Shown here: piece after piece, positions 52,755-64,000 of the stretch
How the letters are laid out: every line of letters starts with the position of its first letter
Numbering within the stretch: the stretch's first letter is position 1
Assembly: GCA_031423255.1 (NCBI GenBank)
Contig: JANPFD010000236.1
Span: 171,180-235,179, forward strand
Origin: Myxococcales bacterium
Lineage (GTDB): Bacteria; Myxococcota_A; Polyangia; Fen-1088
Length of the DNA: 64,000 nt
Direction: 5' to 3'
Notes under the pieces: generated by a model
Databases searched by the model: none
Seen by the model: the letters and a program-made list of their open reading frames with translations, nothing else
Told to the model about the DNA's origin: nothing
Program-made: the position numbers and the translations under genes

Positions 52755-53258
52755 CTACTTGAACGCCTTGAGCCAGGCGTCGAAATCCTTCTTGTTCTTC
52801 TCGATCGTCTTGCCGGGACCGGTCAGCTTGATGAAGTAGTTGCCCTTGGCCGTCTCCAGCACGATGGCCAGCATGCGATGGTTGGGGCGCGGCTCGCCGG
52901 GTCCCGGATCCATCGGCTTCGCCTTGAACATGTACGTGCCCGACACGTCGAGGATCGTCGCCTGATTTCCGGCCACCTTGATGGTCGTCACCTTCGGTTC
53001 CAGGGCCTTGCCCTCGGGCGCCGTGAACTGCTTCTTCCAGCGGTCCATGTTCGCCTGCACGCCGCCGCCTTGCGTCTCGCCGAAAAAGAAAATGGCCAAC
53101 TCGGCCTCCCCGTCTTTTCCCGGAACGGCAAACTGCTTGAGCCGCATGGGGCTCGACACCTCGACGTCCTTCCAGGACGTGGGAGCGCTCGACTTCAGGC
53201 CCCCCAGATCGACGACCGTGCCCGCGGCGGCCAGGACCAGCATCAGAAGGTTCGACAT
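52755..53258 (-). CDS. Small secreted hypothetical protein
   Basis: Signal peptide (MSNLLMLVLAAAGTVVDLGG) and a Lys-rich mature domain. I recognise no family. Confidence 0.45.
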   Translation of the reverse strand: MSNLLMLVLAAAGTVVDLGGLKSSAPTSWKDVEVSSPMRLKQFAVPGKDGEAELAIFFFGETQGGGVQANMDRWKKQFTAPEGKALEPKVTTIKVAGNQATILDVSGTYMFKAKPMDPGPGEPRPNHRMLAIVLETAKGNYFIKLTGPGKTIEKNKKDFDAWLKAFK

Positions 53259-53351
53259 GGCCGGACTATAGCCCAGGAACCTCGCAACGCAACGCTTCCA
53301 AGAGGGGCGCGACAGAGGCGGTAAGACCGGGTAACCTCATGATCTCCTTTC

Positions 53352-54919
53352 GTGTCTGAAATTCCTCTCACCAAGCTCTGCGGTAGCTGCGGCTATCGCC
53401 TCGAGGCCACCCTCGACCGCTGTCCGGTCGACGGCGCGAAATTACCTCGTGAGCGCGCTGACGTTGCAATGCTCGGATCATACCGGCTCGTCGAGCGCCT
53501 GGGGACGGGAGGCATGGGTGTCGTCTACCGCGCCGTCCACGAGAAGCTCGGCCGCGCCGTCGCCATCAAGGTGCTGAACCGGGTGATGCTGTCGGACCGC
53601 ACGAACGTCGCACGCTTCTTCCAGGAAGCCCGCACGGTGAACACCTTCCGCCACCCGAACGTCGTCGATGTCTACGACTTCGTCACCGCCGGCAAGGACA
53701 TCTACATGGTGATGGAGTTCCTGGTCGGCCACGATCTGCACCACGCCATCCACATGGACGGATCGCGCCCCTTCAGCCCCGAGCGTGCGATCAGAATCGT
53801 CGAGCAGATGTGCGGCGCCCTGCAGGCCGCGCACGATCGCGCCATCATCCACCGCGATCTCAAGCCCGCGAACGTCTACATCACACAACAAGCGGCGCAA
53901 GAGGATTTCGTGAAGCTGCTCGACTTCGGTCTGGCCAAGCTCGAGCGCACCGAGGGGCGCATGACCCGCGACGGGATCGTGCTGGGCACGCCCGAGTACA
54001 TGGCCCCCGAGCAGGCGCGCGGCGACGCCCTGGATCATCGCGTCGACCTGTACGCCGTCGGCTGCATCGCCTACCACATGCTGACCGGCTGCCAGCTGTT
54101 CGTGGGCGGGAGCTACGCGGAGGTGATGGTCCGTCACGTGAGGGAGCCGCCGCCACCGCCGCGTAGCCTGAACCCCGAGATCCCCGAGACGCTGGAGACG
54201 GCGCTCCTGCGCACGCTGGCCAAGCGCGCCGAGGATCGTCCGGATTCGGCGCGCGAACTCGCCGAGGAGTTCGCGCTGGCGATCGGGCAGCCCTTCGACA
54301 CCACGGGCGCCTTCGTCGGGTCCGGGTTGACCTCCGGGCAGCGATCGTCGGTCACCGCCACCACCTTCGCCGCCGTGTCGCGAACCCTCCACCTCGAGCG
54401 GCCGGCGCGAAAGGCGTTCGCGCTGGTCGGCCTGGCGGTCGCCGCGGGCGCCGTCGGCCTCGGCGTGTGGATGCGGCCCCACATCGCTGGCAGCGCCTCG
54501 CAGGCCGTGGTCGCCCAGAGCCAGTCCGGCGCGCCCAGCACCGGGCCGGGGATGAAGCGGATCGTGCGGTTGCTCCTGCAGTCCCACCCTCCGGGCGCGG
54601 CCGTCATCGACGACAAGGGCAAGAACCTGGGACGCACGCCGCAGGATCTGGTGGTGCAGCTCGGCAGCGAGCACCAGCTGGACTTCGTTCTGGACGGCTA
54701 CCATCGCTCCCGGCGGGCGTTCCGCGCCGACGTGGACACCACCATCGCCGTGGCCCTGGAGCCGATCCCCGGCCGAGGTGCCCCGCCGATGACGCCCCAG
54801 GTCGAAAGTCCCTCCGAGCGCCGAAAACGTCCGGCGCGCACTCCCGGAACGCCCGCCAACCCCGGTGGGGCCTCACCGGATCTGGATTCCCGCGCCAGAA
54901 CGATCAATCCTTTCGGCAG

Positions 54920-54923
<4 letters not shown>
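53352..54923 (+). CDS. Ser/Thr protein kinase with an N-terminal Cys-ribbon, TM helix and C-terminal PEGA-like domain
   Basis: Hanks kinase motifs (AIK, HRDLKPAN, DFG, APE). Confidence 0.85.
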
Positions 54924-56401
<1,478 letters not shown>

Positions 56402-56446
56402 AATGCGCCTTACCCCTTTTCGTCCGATAAGGGGACGAGACTACAG

Positions 56447-58225
56447 ATGCATTTCGCGTATGGCCGTGGCCCGGGCGGCTCGCTTCGCGCCCTCAGCGCA
56501 CTCTGTGCCTATGCCCTGCTAGCGCTGGGCGGCTGCCGGAGCACACCCAGCGTCACCGGCCTGCGGGTGGTGGTCGAGTGGGGCGGCACCATGACCGTCG
56601 ACCAGCTCGAGTTCTCGGCCACCGATAACAAGACGGCAACGGTCGTCGTGGCGCCCGAGCGAAAGCCGCCCGAGCCGGGCAACATCCTCACGAGCGGCGC
56701 CGACGTGGTGATCTACTTCAGCAACGACCTGGCCGACACCGACGTGCGCGCCCAGGTCCGCGGGTACTTGATGAACCGCCAGGTGGCGGAGGTCACCGGG
56801 ACACGGCGCCTGGACAGTAACACCGTCAACGAGTTGCGGCTCACCCTGCTGCCGCTCGGGACCGGCAAGGCCAATGGCGTGCCGTGCGCGGCGGCTGCCG
56901 AGTGCCAGAGCAAGATCTGCGCGGACGGCGTCTGCTGCGACGCCAGATGCGACACCAAGTGCCGCTCCTGCAACCAGCCGAGTTTCCTTGGCGTCTGCCG
57001 GCAAGTGGCGACGGGCGCGAAGGACCCACGGAGCCTCTGCGCACCGATGCCGCCCTGCGGCCAGGACGGCAACTGCGACGCCAACGGAAACTGCTCGATG
57101 CAGCCGGCGATGACCGAATGCCTGGGATCGAGTTGCCGGGACAACGTCACCTCGTTGTCGGCCAGCCGGTGCGACGGCATGGGCCGCTGCGTGGCCGGCG
57201 GCCCCCTGCCCTGCGCGCCCTTCGTCTGCAGGAACAACGCGTGCCTCGGTACCTGCAGCGGCAATTCCGACTGCGCGCCAGGCTCGAACTGCGACATGGG
57301 GAGTTGCGGGAAGAAGAAGCTGGGGCAACCCTGCGGCGGGGGCAGCGAGTGCGAGTCGACGTTCTGTTTCGACAACGTCTGCTGCGACAAGGACTGCGCC
57401 GGGGCCTGCAAGTCGTGTGCGACGCGGCCCGGCACCTGCACGAACACCCCGGTCGGTACAGGGGACCCGCGCTGCACGACCCAGTCGGTATCGACCTGCG
57501 CCTCGGACGGCAAGTGCAATGGACTGGGATCGTGCCGCACGAGATACCCGCAAGGCACGATCTGCGGACCGCCCTCGTGCGACTCGGGAACCCAGGTCTC
57601 GTTGCTCCAGACGGTCTGTGGGGCGAGCGGACCCTGTCCGATCGGCATGCAGATCGCTTGCTCGCCGTACAAGTGCAACGGCCAGCAGTGCGCCACCACC
57701 TGCAGCAGCAGCAGCGATTGTGTCTCGCCCAACACCTGCGTGGCCACCAGCTGTGCCGCGCAGAAGCCGATTGGCGCCATCTGCACCGCCGCCTCCCAGT
57801 GCATGACCGGCTTCTGCGTCGACGGTTTCTGCTGCAACGCCGCTTGCCCCGTGTGCAAGAGTTGCAAGATCCCGGGCTCCGTCGGGTACTGCACGAACAT
57901 CACCGAAGGGACGATAGACTCGCGGTGTCCGCTGGACCCGAAGACGACCTGCGGGTTCGACCAGACATGCAACGGCCTCGGCGAGTGCCGCAAGTACCCG
58001 GGCGGCACCGGGTGCGCCGATCCGATGTGCATCGGCCAGATCCGCAGCCGCGGCAAGAGCTGCGACGGCGTCGGTAGTTGCGCCGAAAACGGCAATCAGG
58101 ATTGCTATCCGTACCTGTGCACTCCGAACGGCCCCACGGGGGGACCCGACTGCTTCACCTCCTGCACTTCGAGCGCCCAATGCTGCTGCGGCAGGCCGTG
58201 CATGGGAAGCCAGTGCCGTCCATGA
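56447..58225 (+). CDS. Secreted lipoprotein with about 8 tandem myxobacterial-type cysteine-rich repeats
   Basis: Lipobox LGGC, then repeated units of about 45-50 aa (C..G.CC...C...C..C). Confidence 0.7.
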   Translation: MHFAYGRGPGGSLRALSALCAYALLALGGCRSTPSVTGLRVVVEWGGTMTVDQLEFSATDNKTATVVVAPERKPPEPGNILTSGADVVIYFSNDLADTDVRAQVRGYLMNRQVAEVTGTRRLDSNTVNELRLTLLPLGTGKANGVPCAAAAECQSKICADGVCCDARCDTKCRSCNQPSFLGVCRQVATGAKDPRSLCAPMPPCGQDGNCDANGNCSMQPAMTECLGSSCRDNVTSLSASRCDGMGRCVAGGPLPCAPFVCRNNACLGTCSGNSDCAPGSNCDMGSCGKKKLGQPCGGGSECESTFCFDNVCCDKDCAGACKSCATRPGTCTNTPVGTGDPRCTTQSVSTCASDGKCNGLGSCRTRYPQGTICGPPSCDSGTQVSLLQTVCGASGPCPIGMQIACSPYKCNGQQCATTCSSSSDCVSPNTCVATSCAAQKPIGAICTAASQCMTGFCVDGFCCNAACPVCKSCKIPGSVGYCTNITEGTIDSRCPLDPKTTCGFDQTCNGLGECRKYPGGTGCADPMCIGQIRSRGKSCDGVGSCAENGNQDCYPYLCTPNGPTGGPDCFTSCTSSAQCCCGRPCMGSQCRP

Positions 58226-58911
58226 GAGGCCGCGAGCCCCGCAGTTTCATCACCCTCGTCATCCTCGTCTTGGTCGCCGCGATGCTGGTGCCGGCATCCG
58301 CGTGGTCGGCTGCGCCGCCGAAGCGCCCCGCCTCGCAGGCCAAGCGCGAGAAGGCGGCCCGCACCCTGTTCGAGAAGGCCGAGCGGTCCTTCAACGTCGG
58401 CAAGTTCGAGGAGGCGCTGTCGCACTACCAGGCGGCCTACGAGGAGCTGCCGCTGCCGGCGTTCCTGTTCAACGTGGCCCAGTGCTACCGGAACCTCGGC
58501 AACCACGAGCGGGCGTTGTTCTTCTATCAACGCTACCTGTCGCTGGATCCGAACGCGCCGAACCGGAAGATGGTCGAGGATCTGCTCGTCGAGCAACAGC
58601 GCGAAGTGGCCGACGCTCAGGCGACCACCCCGACGCCGCCACCGACCGCCCCGTCTCCGTCGCCGGCGGACTATTCCCCACCGCGGACCCCGGATCTCTC
58701 GGCGCGGAACCCTCAGCCCAGCCCGCGCAACGTCGCCACCACCCCGGCCGTGCGCGCCTCTGCGAAGAAAGACAAGGACGAGGAAGGCTCCGGCATGTTG
58801 TGGCTGTGGATCGGGGGCGGCGTGGTTGTGGCGGGCGCGCTGGCGGCGGTGCTGCTGCTGGGCGGCGGCGACCTTCCGAGCGGCAAACTCGGCTCCATCG
58901 ACGCGCGGTAG
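58222..58911 (+). CDS. TPR-repeat protein with a signal peptide and C-terminal TM anchor
   Basis: TPR-like helices (FEEALSHYQAAYEELPLPAFLFNVAQCYRNLGNHERALFFYQRYL). The ATG overlaps the upstream stop. Confidence 0.6.
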   Translation: MRGREPRSFITLVILVLVAAMLVPASAWSAAPPKRPASQAKREKAARTLFEKAERSFNVGKFEEALSHYQAAYEELPLPAFLFNVAQCYRNLGNHERALFFYQRYLSLDPNAPNRKMVEDLLVEQQREVADAQATTPTPPPTAPSPSPADYSPPRTPDLSARNPQPSPRNVATTPAVRASAKKDKDEEGSGMLWLWIGGGVVVAGALAAVLLLGGGDLPSGKLGSIDAR

Positions 58912-58919
58912 GCCGTCGG

Positions 58920-59801
58920 TTACGCCGCCGCTGACAGCACGGGCAGCTTCTTGGCCACCTCGTCGAGTTGCTGCGTGCTGGTGAAGCCGATGGTGAAGGT
59001 GTCGAGCACGTCCAGGCCGGCGCAGTACGTGAGGGCACGGTCGACGTCCTTGCTCATCTTGCCGGCGCCAAAGATCTTCATGCCGATGATCCCCTTGCCG
59101 GCCTTCTTCATCTCGCGCAGCACGCCGAGGACCGTCTCGGGTTCCGCGTCCATGTGCGCCTGGATCGGGTTGATGCGCGCGAGGTCGACCTGCACCCACG
59201 GCTCCTTGGCGGCCGTCTTCAGGGCGCCCAGCGTGTGACAGGAGGTGCCGTGGGCGCGGATGATCCCCTGCTCGCGGGCGCGCTCCAGCACTTCCATCGG
59301 CCCCGCGAACTCCTTGTTCCAGTTGTCGGTCTGCATGCAGTGAAGGAGCATGATGTCGAGGTGGTCGCGCCCCAGCTCGCGGCGGAAGCGGTCGATGTCC
59401 GCCTTGCACTCGGCGGCCGTCTTGGCGCGGGTCTTGGTGAGAAGGACGACGTTGTTCTTTCCCACCCTCCGCATCGCCTCACGCATGTGCTCGTGGGTGC
59501 CGTACTGGTCGGCGGTATCGAAGAAATTCAGTCCCTGATCGAAGCCATGCGACAGCAGCTCGGCAAAGCCGTTGATGCCGAGGCGCGCCTGCACCGAGGT
59601 GTGATTCGTGCCGTTGGTGCCGCTGCCCATCGCCATGCGCGACAGCTTGATCCCGGTGTTGCCGAGCGTCACCAGGTCCGAGACCGCCTTCTTGCGGGGA
59701 ACGGCGGCCGTGACACCCAGGGCCGTGCGACCCTGCACCCCGGCCAGCACGCCTCCGATGAGCTTGAGCGCGCGACGACGATCGAGATCAGTCATGCGCA
59801 C
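58920..59801 (-). CDS. Aldo/keto reductase with a twin-arginine signal peptide
   Basis: RRRALKLIGG Tat motif followed by an AKR (TIM barrel) fold. Confidence 0.8.
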   Translation of the reverse strand: MRMTDLDRRRALKLIGGVLAGVQGRTALGVTAAVPRKKAVSDLVTLGNTGIKLSRMAMGSGTNGTNHTSVQARLGINGFAELLSHGFDQGLNFFDTADQYGTHEHMREAMRRVGKNNVVLLTKTRAKTAAECKADIDRFRRELGRDHLDIMLLHCMQTDNWNKEFAGPMEVLERAREQGIIRAHGTSCHTLGALKTAAKEPWVQVDLARINPIQAHMDAEPETVLGVLREMKKAGKGIIGMKIFGAGKMSKDVDRALTYCAGLDVLDTFTIGFTSTQQLDEVAKKLPVLSAAA

Positions 59802-59838
59802 CAGGGTAACGCCATGGGCCCCGTGTTACAAACGGACC

Positions 59839-60369
59839 ATGGTGCGGCTCCGAGTCGTGAGCCTGGGTGTGCTGATCGGCCTCCTGCCGCGCCTGGCCAC
59901 GGCCGACCAGGTCCGGGTCGACGACGAACAGCCGCGGGTCCGCCTGGTGTATGACGGCAACGCTGAGCTCCAGCAGGCGGAGCCGCCGGCGGGGCTCTGG
60001 ACCAGCGTCTGCCACGCTCCGTGCGAGGCGCCGGTCAACCCGCGGGTCCTCTACCGGGTGCGCGGCCCGCTCATCTTCCCGTCCGAGCCGTTCTGGGTGA
60101 GAGGCGAGACCCGGGAAACCGTGGTTGACATCGATCCCGCCCACAAGATCCTCTACTGGAGTGGGGCCACCCTGGCGGTGCTGGGGATCCTGTCCACGGT
60201 GGTGGGCGGCGCCATGTACCTGGCGCACACCTCGTCCACCGGCCAATCGGGCGACTCGCGTACCCGCGACCGTTACGCGATCATCACCCTGGTCGGTCCG
60301 ACGATGTTCGTCGTCGGCGCCGTGCTGTGGGGTCAGAACCGGCACACGATCCTGGGCGTCCACGAGTGA
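59839..60369 (+). CDS. Hypothetical membrane protein (signal peptide plus two C-terminal TM helices)
   Basis: Starts at ATG 59839 (MVRLRVVSLGVLIGLLPRLATA). The ORF-track extension back to 59608 is antisense to the AKR gene and was rejected. Confidence 0.4.
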   Translation: MVRLRVVSLGVLIGLLPRLATADQVRVDDEQPRVRLVYDGNAELQQAEPPAGLWTSVCHAPCEAPVNPRVLYRVRGPLIFPSEPFWVRGETRETVVDIDPAHKILYWSGATLAVLGILSTVVGGAMYLAHTSSTGQSGDSRTRDRYAIITLVGPTMFVVGAVLWGQNRHTILGVHE

Positions 60370-60388
60370 CGCGGCGGCAGCTCGCTCT

Positions 60389-61114
60389 TCACCGACCCCA
60401 GGCCAGATCGTTGGCGTGCTTGTACGACGGCGGCGTGCCAGCGTCGGTCCACCAGCCAGGCAACACGTCGAACGTCAGGTCGCCGCGCTTGATGTACGCG
60501 TTGTTCACGTCGGTGATCTCCAGCTCGCCGCGCCCGGAGGGCTTCAAGGTGGAGACGACGTCGAAGACGGTCTCGTCGTAAAAGTAGATGCCGGTCACGG
60601 CCCAGCGGCTCGGCGGCTCCTTGGGTTTCTCGACGATCTGCACGACGCGGTTGCCCTCGGTCACGGCCACACCGTACCGCTCGGGGTCGGCCACCTCCTG
60701 GAGCAGGACCTTGGCGCCGCTCGTCTGTTTGCGGAACGCATCGGCATAGGGCGCTATCGGCGCTTCGAAGATGTTGTCGCCCAGGATCACCGCCAGCCGC
60801 CCCCCGCGTCCGAACCGTCGGGCCAGTCCCAGCGCCTGGGCGATGCCGCCGGCTTCATCCTGGACGCGGTAGGTGAACTCGCAGCCGAACTCGCGGCCGC
60901 TTCCCAGCGCCGAGACCATGTCGCCCATGTGCTCGGTGCCGGTGACGATGAGGATCTCGCGGATGCGCGCCTCGACCAGCTTCTTGATGGGGTGGAAGAT
61001 CATCGGTTCGGGCCCGACGGGAAGAAGGTGCTTGTTGGTCGCCTTGGTGAGGGGGAACAGACGCGAACCGGTTCCACCCGCCAGGACGACGCCTCTCAAC
61101 TCGGATTCGGACAT
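60389..61114 (-). CDS. Short-form sugar-1-phosphate nucleotidyltransferase (RmlA/RfbA-like glucose-1-phosphate thymidylyltransferase)
   Basis: LAGGTGSRLFPLTKATNKHLLPV signature. ATG at 61114 overlaps the rmlB stop. Confidence 0.75.
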   Translation of the reverse strand: MSESELRGVVLAGGTGSRLFPLTKATNKHLLPVGPEPMIFHPIKKLVEARIREILIVTGTEHMGDMVSALGSGREFGCEFTYRVQDEAGGIAQALGLARRFGRGGRLAVILGDNIFEAPIAPYADAFRKQTSGAKVLLQEVADPERYGVAVTEGNRVVQIVEKPKEPPSRWAVTGIYFYDETVFDVVSTLKPSGRGELEITDVNNAYIKRGDLTFDVLPGWWTDAGTPPSYKHANDLAWGR

Positions 61115-62175
61115 CAGGAACTCCTGCGCAAGCGGTCGCCATACTGCTGCTCGTAGTAATCGCGGTAGGCGCCGCTGCGGACCCGCTCCCACCAGGTGCG
61201 GTTGTCGCGGTACCAGGCGACGGTGTCCGCCAGCCCGGCGTCGAAGTCCCGGCGCGGCTTCCAGCCGAGCTCGTTGCGGATCTTCGTGGCGTCCATGGCG
61301 TAACGTCGGTCGTGGCCAGGCCGGTCCGGCACGTGTCGGATGAGCGACTCGTCCCGGCCGCACAGCCGCAGGATCCCGCGAACGACGTCCAGGTTGGGCC
61401 GCTCGTTCTCGGCGCCGATGTTGTAGACGTGCCCGGCCTTGCCCCGGGTCAGCACCAGATCCACGGCTTCGCAGTGGTCTTCGACGTGGATCCAGTCGCG
61501 CACGTACATGCCGTCGCCGTACACCGGCAGTGCCTTGCCCTCGAAGGCGTTAAGGATCATCAACGGGATCAGCTTCTCGGGGAACTGGTGCGAGCCATAG
61601 TTGTTCGAGCAGCGGGTGATCACGACGTCGAGGCCGTGCGTGTGGTGGAACGCCTCGACCAGGTGATCGGCCGACGCCTTGCTGGCCGAGTACGGGCTAC
61701 GGGGCGCGATCGGGGTGCTCTCGGTGAAGGCGCCGGTCGGACCGAGCGAGCCGTACACCTCGTCCGTCGACACCTGGCAGAAGCGCTTCACACCGGCCGC
61801 GCGCGCCGCCTCCAGCATACGCAGCGTCCCGAGGACGTTGGTGTCGACGAACGGCTCGGCCGACATGATGCTGCGGTCGACGTGGCTCTCGGCCGCGAAG
61901 TTCACCACTGCCTCGATCTGGTTCTCCTGGCACAGCCGCTGCACCAGAGCTCCGTCGCGAATGTCACCCTTGACGAAGACATGCCCGGCGTCGGCGCGCA
62001 GATCAGCCAGTGATTCGAGATTACCGGCGTAGGTGAGCGCATCCAGGTCGACGACGCGTCCCTGGGGCCGCTTGCGGCGCACCATCCGCACGTAGCAGGA
62101 GCCGATGAAGCCGGCACCGCCGGTGACGAGGAGATTCACCGGGCGAACATGCCCGCTGGCCCCCGACGGTGTCAA
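61114..62175 (-). CDS. rmlB: dTDP-glucose 4,6-dehydratase
   Basis: TGGAGFIGS, the YSASK catalytic motif, and a length of about 350 aa. The true start may be the internal GTG (VNLLVTGG) about 36 nt downstream. Confidence 0.85.
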   Translation of the reverse strand: MTPSGASGHVRPVNLLVTGGAGFIGSCYVRMVRRKRPQGRVVDLDALTYAGNLESLADLRADAGHVFVKGDIRDGALVQRLCQENQIEAVVNFAAESHVDRSIMSAEPFVDTNVLGTLRMLEAARAAGVKRFCQVSTDEVYGSLGPTGAFTESTPIAPRSPYSASKASADHLVEAFHHTHGLDVVITRCSNNYGSHQFPEKLIPLMILNAFEGKALPVYGDGMYVRDWIHVEDHCEAVDLVLTRGKAGHVYNIGAENERPNLDVVRGILRLCGRDESLIRHVPDRPGHDRRYAMDATKIRNELGWKPRRDFDAGLADTVAWYRDNRTWWERVRSGAYRDYYEQQYGDRLRRSS

Positions 62176-62187
62176 CTGGAGCGCTGC

Positions 62188-63969
62188 CTACTCCAGGCCC
62201 TGTAGTGGGCCGCCGCGCGCAAACAAAGCATCGACGCGTGCCGTGACGCGGGGATCCTCGATGAGCGGCGGCGCGTGGTGCGGCTTGCGGCGCGCATCGA
62301 TGACGATCGCGCCGCGGCAGCCCCAGTGCTTGTGCAACACCGTCGCCTCGACGCCGCCCACGTCCACCGCCGGATTCGACCGCGTGAAGGTGACCCAGAC
62401 GAAGTTGTCGAGGCTGCGAGCGCAGAATTCGCTATCGTCGACCAGCACCACCAGAGGGAACCGGTTGATGGGATCCGCCGCCGTGAACGCCGCGCAGAAC
62501 CGGGCAAGGTCGCCGTTGCCTTGCACCGCCAGCACGCCGGGAAAGCAAACGCGCGGCGCCGTGAACCCCTCGGGCAACCGCAGCACTGGCGGCACGGCGG
62601 CCGGCAACTCGCGGCGGGCCGGGCCCACGGCCGCCACCACCAGCTTCGAGCCGCGGTTCAGCCCCTCGCCCGAGTAGTCGAGGGTGTCGATGGTCGTGCG
62701 CGTCTGGAAGTGTAGGTCGCGCGTCGGGTCGATGCGCGCCAGCGCGTGCTGCAGGAACCCGGCGACGTCATGGAGATCGGGAGCGTCCTCGGTGATGAAC
62801 AGGTACTTCGCCAGAGACAGCTGCCCCTGTCCGAGGATGGCGTTCGCCTGTGTGAGCAACTCCTGCGGTTCGCTCGGCTGGTCGTAAGGAACGTAGCGCT
62901 CGCTGCCCAGCGCCAGCAGCAACGGATGCACCCCCGCCGCGTCCACCGCGTGCACGCCGCGCACGCCCGCCAGAACCGTCGGGATCACCGGGCCTGTCAG
63001 ATCGTGAATCAGTGCCCCGAACACCGTGTCCTCCTGGGGCGGCCGGCCGACCACGGTGAACGGCCAGATCGCGTCGTCGCGGTGATAGACGCGGTCGACG
63101 CGCATCACCGGAAAGTCGTGCGTCAGGCTGTAGTACCCCAGGTGGTCGCCGAAAGGTCCCTCGGGCTTCTTCTTGTCGGAGATCTCTCCCGCGAGGCAGA
63201 AGTCGGCGTCGACGGCGACCCCATCGGCCAGACGCACACGGCGCCCTCCGAGCGCGCCCGCGAACATCAACTCGGTCAGGCCCTCGGGCAGCGGCATCAC
63301 GGCAGCCAGGGTCATCGCCGGCGGGCCGCCCACGAATATCTTCACGCGCAACGGCTCGCCACGCCGGAGTGCAGTCGCGTGATGCACGCCGATGCCGCGG
63401 TGAATCTGGTAGTGGAGCCCGATCTCCCGGTCTGCCTCGTAGGCGCCGCCCGAGAGCTGGACCCGGTACATCCCCAGGTTCGACTTCATCGGGCCCGGAT
63501 GGTCCTGATCCTCGGTGTAGACTTGCGGCAGTGTGATGAAGGCGCCGCCATCGTCGGGCCAGCACGTGAGCTGCGGCAACTCGCCGACGCGCGTGCGGTT
63601 CGCCAGCACCGGACCGCCGTCGACTTGCCGCGGTAGCATGTGGAGCATCGTCAGCGGCACTGTCACGTACCGCAACGGTCGGCGCAGCACCTGCGCCGGA
63701 TCCACCTTCAGCTCGACCAGGCGCCGCACCCGCTCGAGCGTGTCGCGGAAGATGAAGCGGGCACGATCGAGGGTGCCAAACAGGTTGCTCACCATCGGGA
63801 AGCGGCAGCCCTTGACCCGCGCGTACAGCACCGCCGGACCGCCCGCGCGGTAGACGCGCCGCTGGATCTCCGCCGCTTCGAGCTGCGCGTCCACCTCCGA
63901 GTCGATTCGCACCAGTCGCCCGGCGCGTTCCAGGTCGTCGACACACGCGCGAAGGGACGAGTGGCCCAT
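62188..63969 (-). CDS. UbiD-family (de)carboxylase
   Basis: UbiD family throughout; the length of about 590 aa is consistent with long UbiD homologs. Confidence 0.75.
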   Translation of the reverse strand: MGHSSLRACVDDLERAGRLVRIDSEVDAQLEAAEIQRRVYRAGGPAVLYARVKGCRFPMVSNLFGTLDRARFIFRDTLERVRRLVELKVDPAQVLRRPLRYVTVPLTMLHMLPRQVDGGPVLANRTRVGELPQLTCWPDDGGAFITLPQVYTEDQDHPGPMKSNLGMYRVQLSGGAYEADREIGLHYQIHRGIGVHHATALRRGEPLRVKIFVGGPPAMTLAAVMPLPEGLTELMFAGALGGRRVRLADGVAVDADFCLAGEISDKKKPEGPFGDHLGYYSLTHDFPVMRVDRVYHRDDAIWPFTVVGRPPQEDTVFGALIHDLTGPVIPTVLAGVRGVHAVDAAGVHPLLLALGSERYVPYDQPSEPQELLTQANAILGQGQLSLAKYLFITEDAPDLHDVAGFLQHALARIDPTRDLHFQTRTTIDTLDYSGEGLNRGSKLVVAAVGPARRELPAAVPPVLRLPEGFTAPRVCFPGVLAVQGNGDLARFCAAFTAADPINRFPLVVLVDDSEFCARSLDNFVWVTFTRSNPAVDVGGVEATVLHKHWGCRGAIVIDARRKPHHAPPLIEDPRVTARVDALFARGGPLQGLE

Positions 63970-64000
63970 CAGCGGCCCTGGGCGACGAACCCGACGATGC

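Noticed and set aside
56880-58200. Periodic DNA repeats that could be mistaken for a CRISPR array or satellite
   Set aside because: The units are about 135-150 nt, diverged and fully coding (the Cys-rich repeat lipoprotein), with no spacer/repeat alternation.
59608-59838. Upstream extension of the membrane-protein ORF 59608..60369
   Set aside because: It is antisense to the aldo/keto reductase gene. A signal-peptide-like start is found at the internal ATG 59839.

Overview
This is a 64-kb window of a very GC-rich (about 70% GC) bacterial chromosome, densely coding on both strands. I found no rRNA, tRNA, CRISPR, transposase or integrase signals. The gene content suggests a Myxococcota-like organism (inference only): FHA-domain proteins, Ser/Thr kinases with PEGA tails, DUF4388 proteins, a PilZ protein, a myxobacterial Cys-rich repeat protein and many TPR proteins.

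Recognisable core genes:
- a partial cimA/leuA-family synthase (5' end cut by the window edge), leuC and leuD, with a divergent LysR regulator
- gltB and gltD, convergent with leuD
- a stand-alone prephenate dehydratase, a plant/chlamydial-type FabI, and a chorismate mutase-prephenate dehydratase-DAHP synthase fusion
- a TrmH methyltransferase, two glycosyltransferase family 39 (GT39)-like membrane proteins, and an IHF/HU protein
- an RRM protein, RluA and a MOSC protein
- a CUT2 sugar ABC transporter (ATPase, two permeases, binding lipoprotein)
- two tandem Ser/Thr kinases, an aldo/keto reductase, rfbA-like and rmlB genes, and a ubiD-family decarboxylase

The most unusual stretch is an accessory-like island at about 25.7-33.8 kb:
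- It opens with a stand-alone sigma54-activator-like AAA+ gene interrupted by an in-frame TAG and lacking the GAFTGA loop.
- Convergent with that gene is an operon of SGNH hydrolase, ECF sigma and anti-sigma on the minus strand.
- Divergent from the operon are a DUF1592 gene, a DUF1552 (HXXSHH, Tat signal) gene, and a decayed sulfatase with an in-frame deletion of the metal-binding region plus a frameshift.

Three genes of this island (the ECF sigma, the SGNH hydrolase and DUF1592) are each preceded by the same 26-nt motif, CGGTAAGTC-N11-GTACAT, with identical internal spacing. I read this as a candidate ECF-sigma-type promoter and a small, undescribed local regulon.

Other notable points are an atypical OmpR-family regulator with a degenerate receiver next to gltBD, across an AT-rich intergenic region, and a long minus-strand operon (MBL hydrolase, GT39, PilZ, an AstE/AspA-retropepsin fusion, CPBP protease).

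All start coordinates are inferred from the ORF track plus homology logic. The ORF track renders GTG/TTG starts as M; I checked this against the DNA for gltB, the ECF sigma, the M14 peptidase, the sulfatase and the TTG of ORF 25934.
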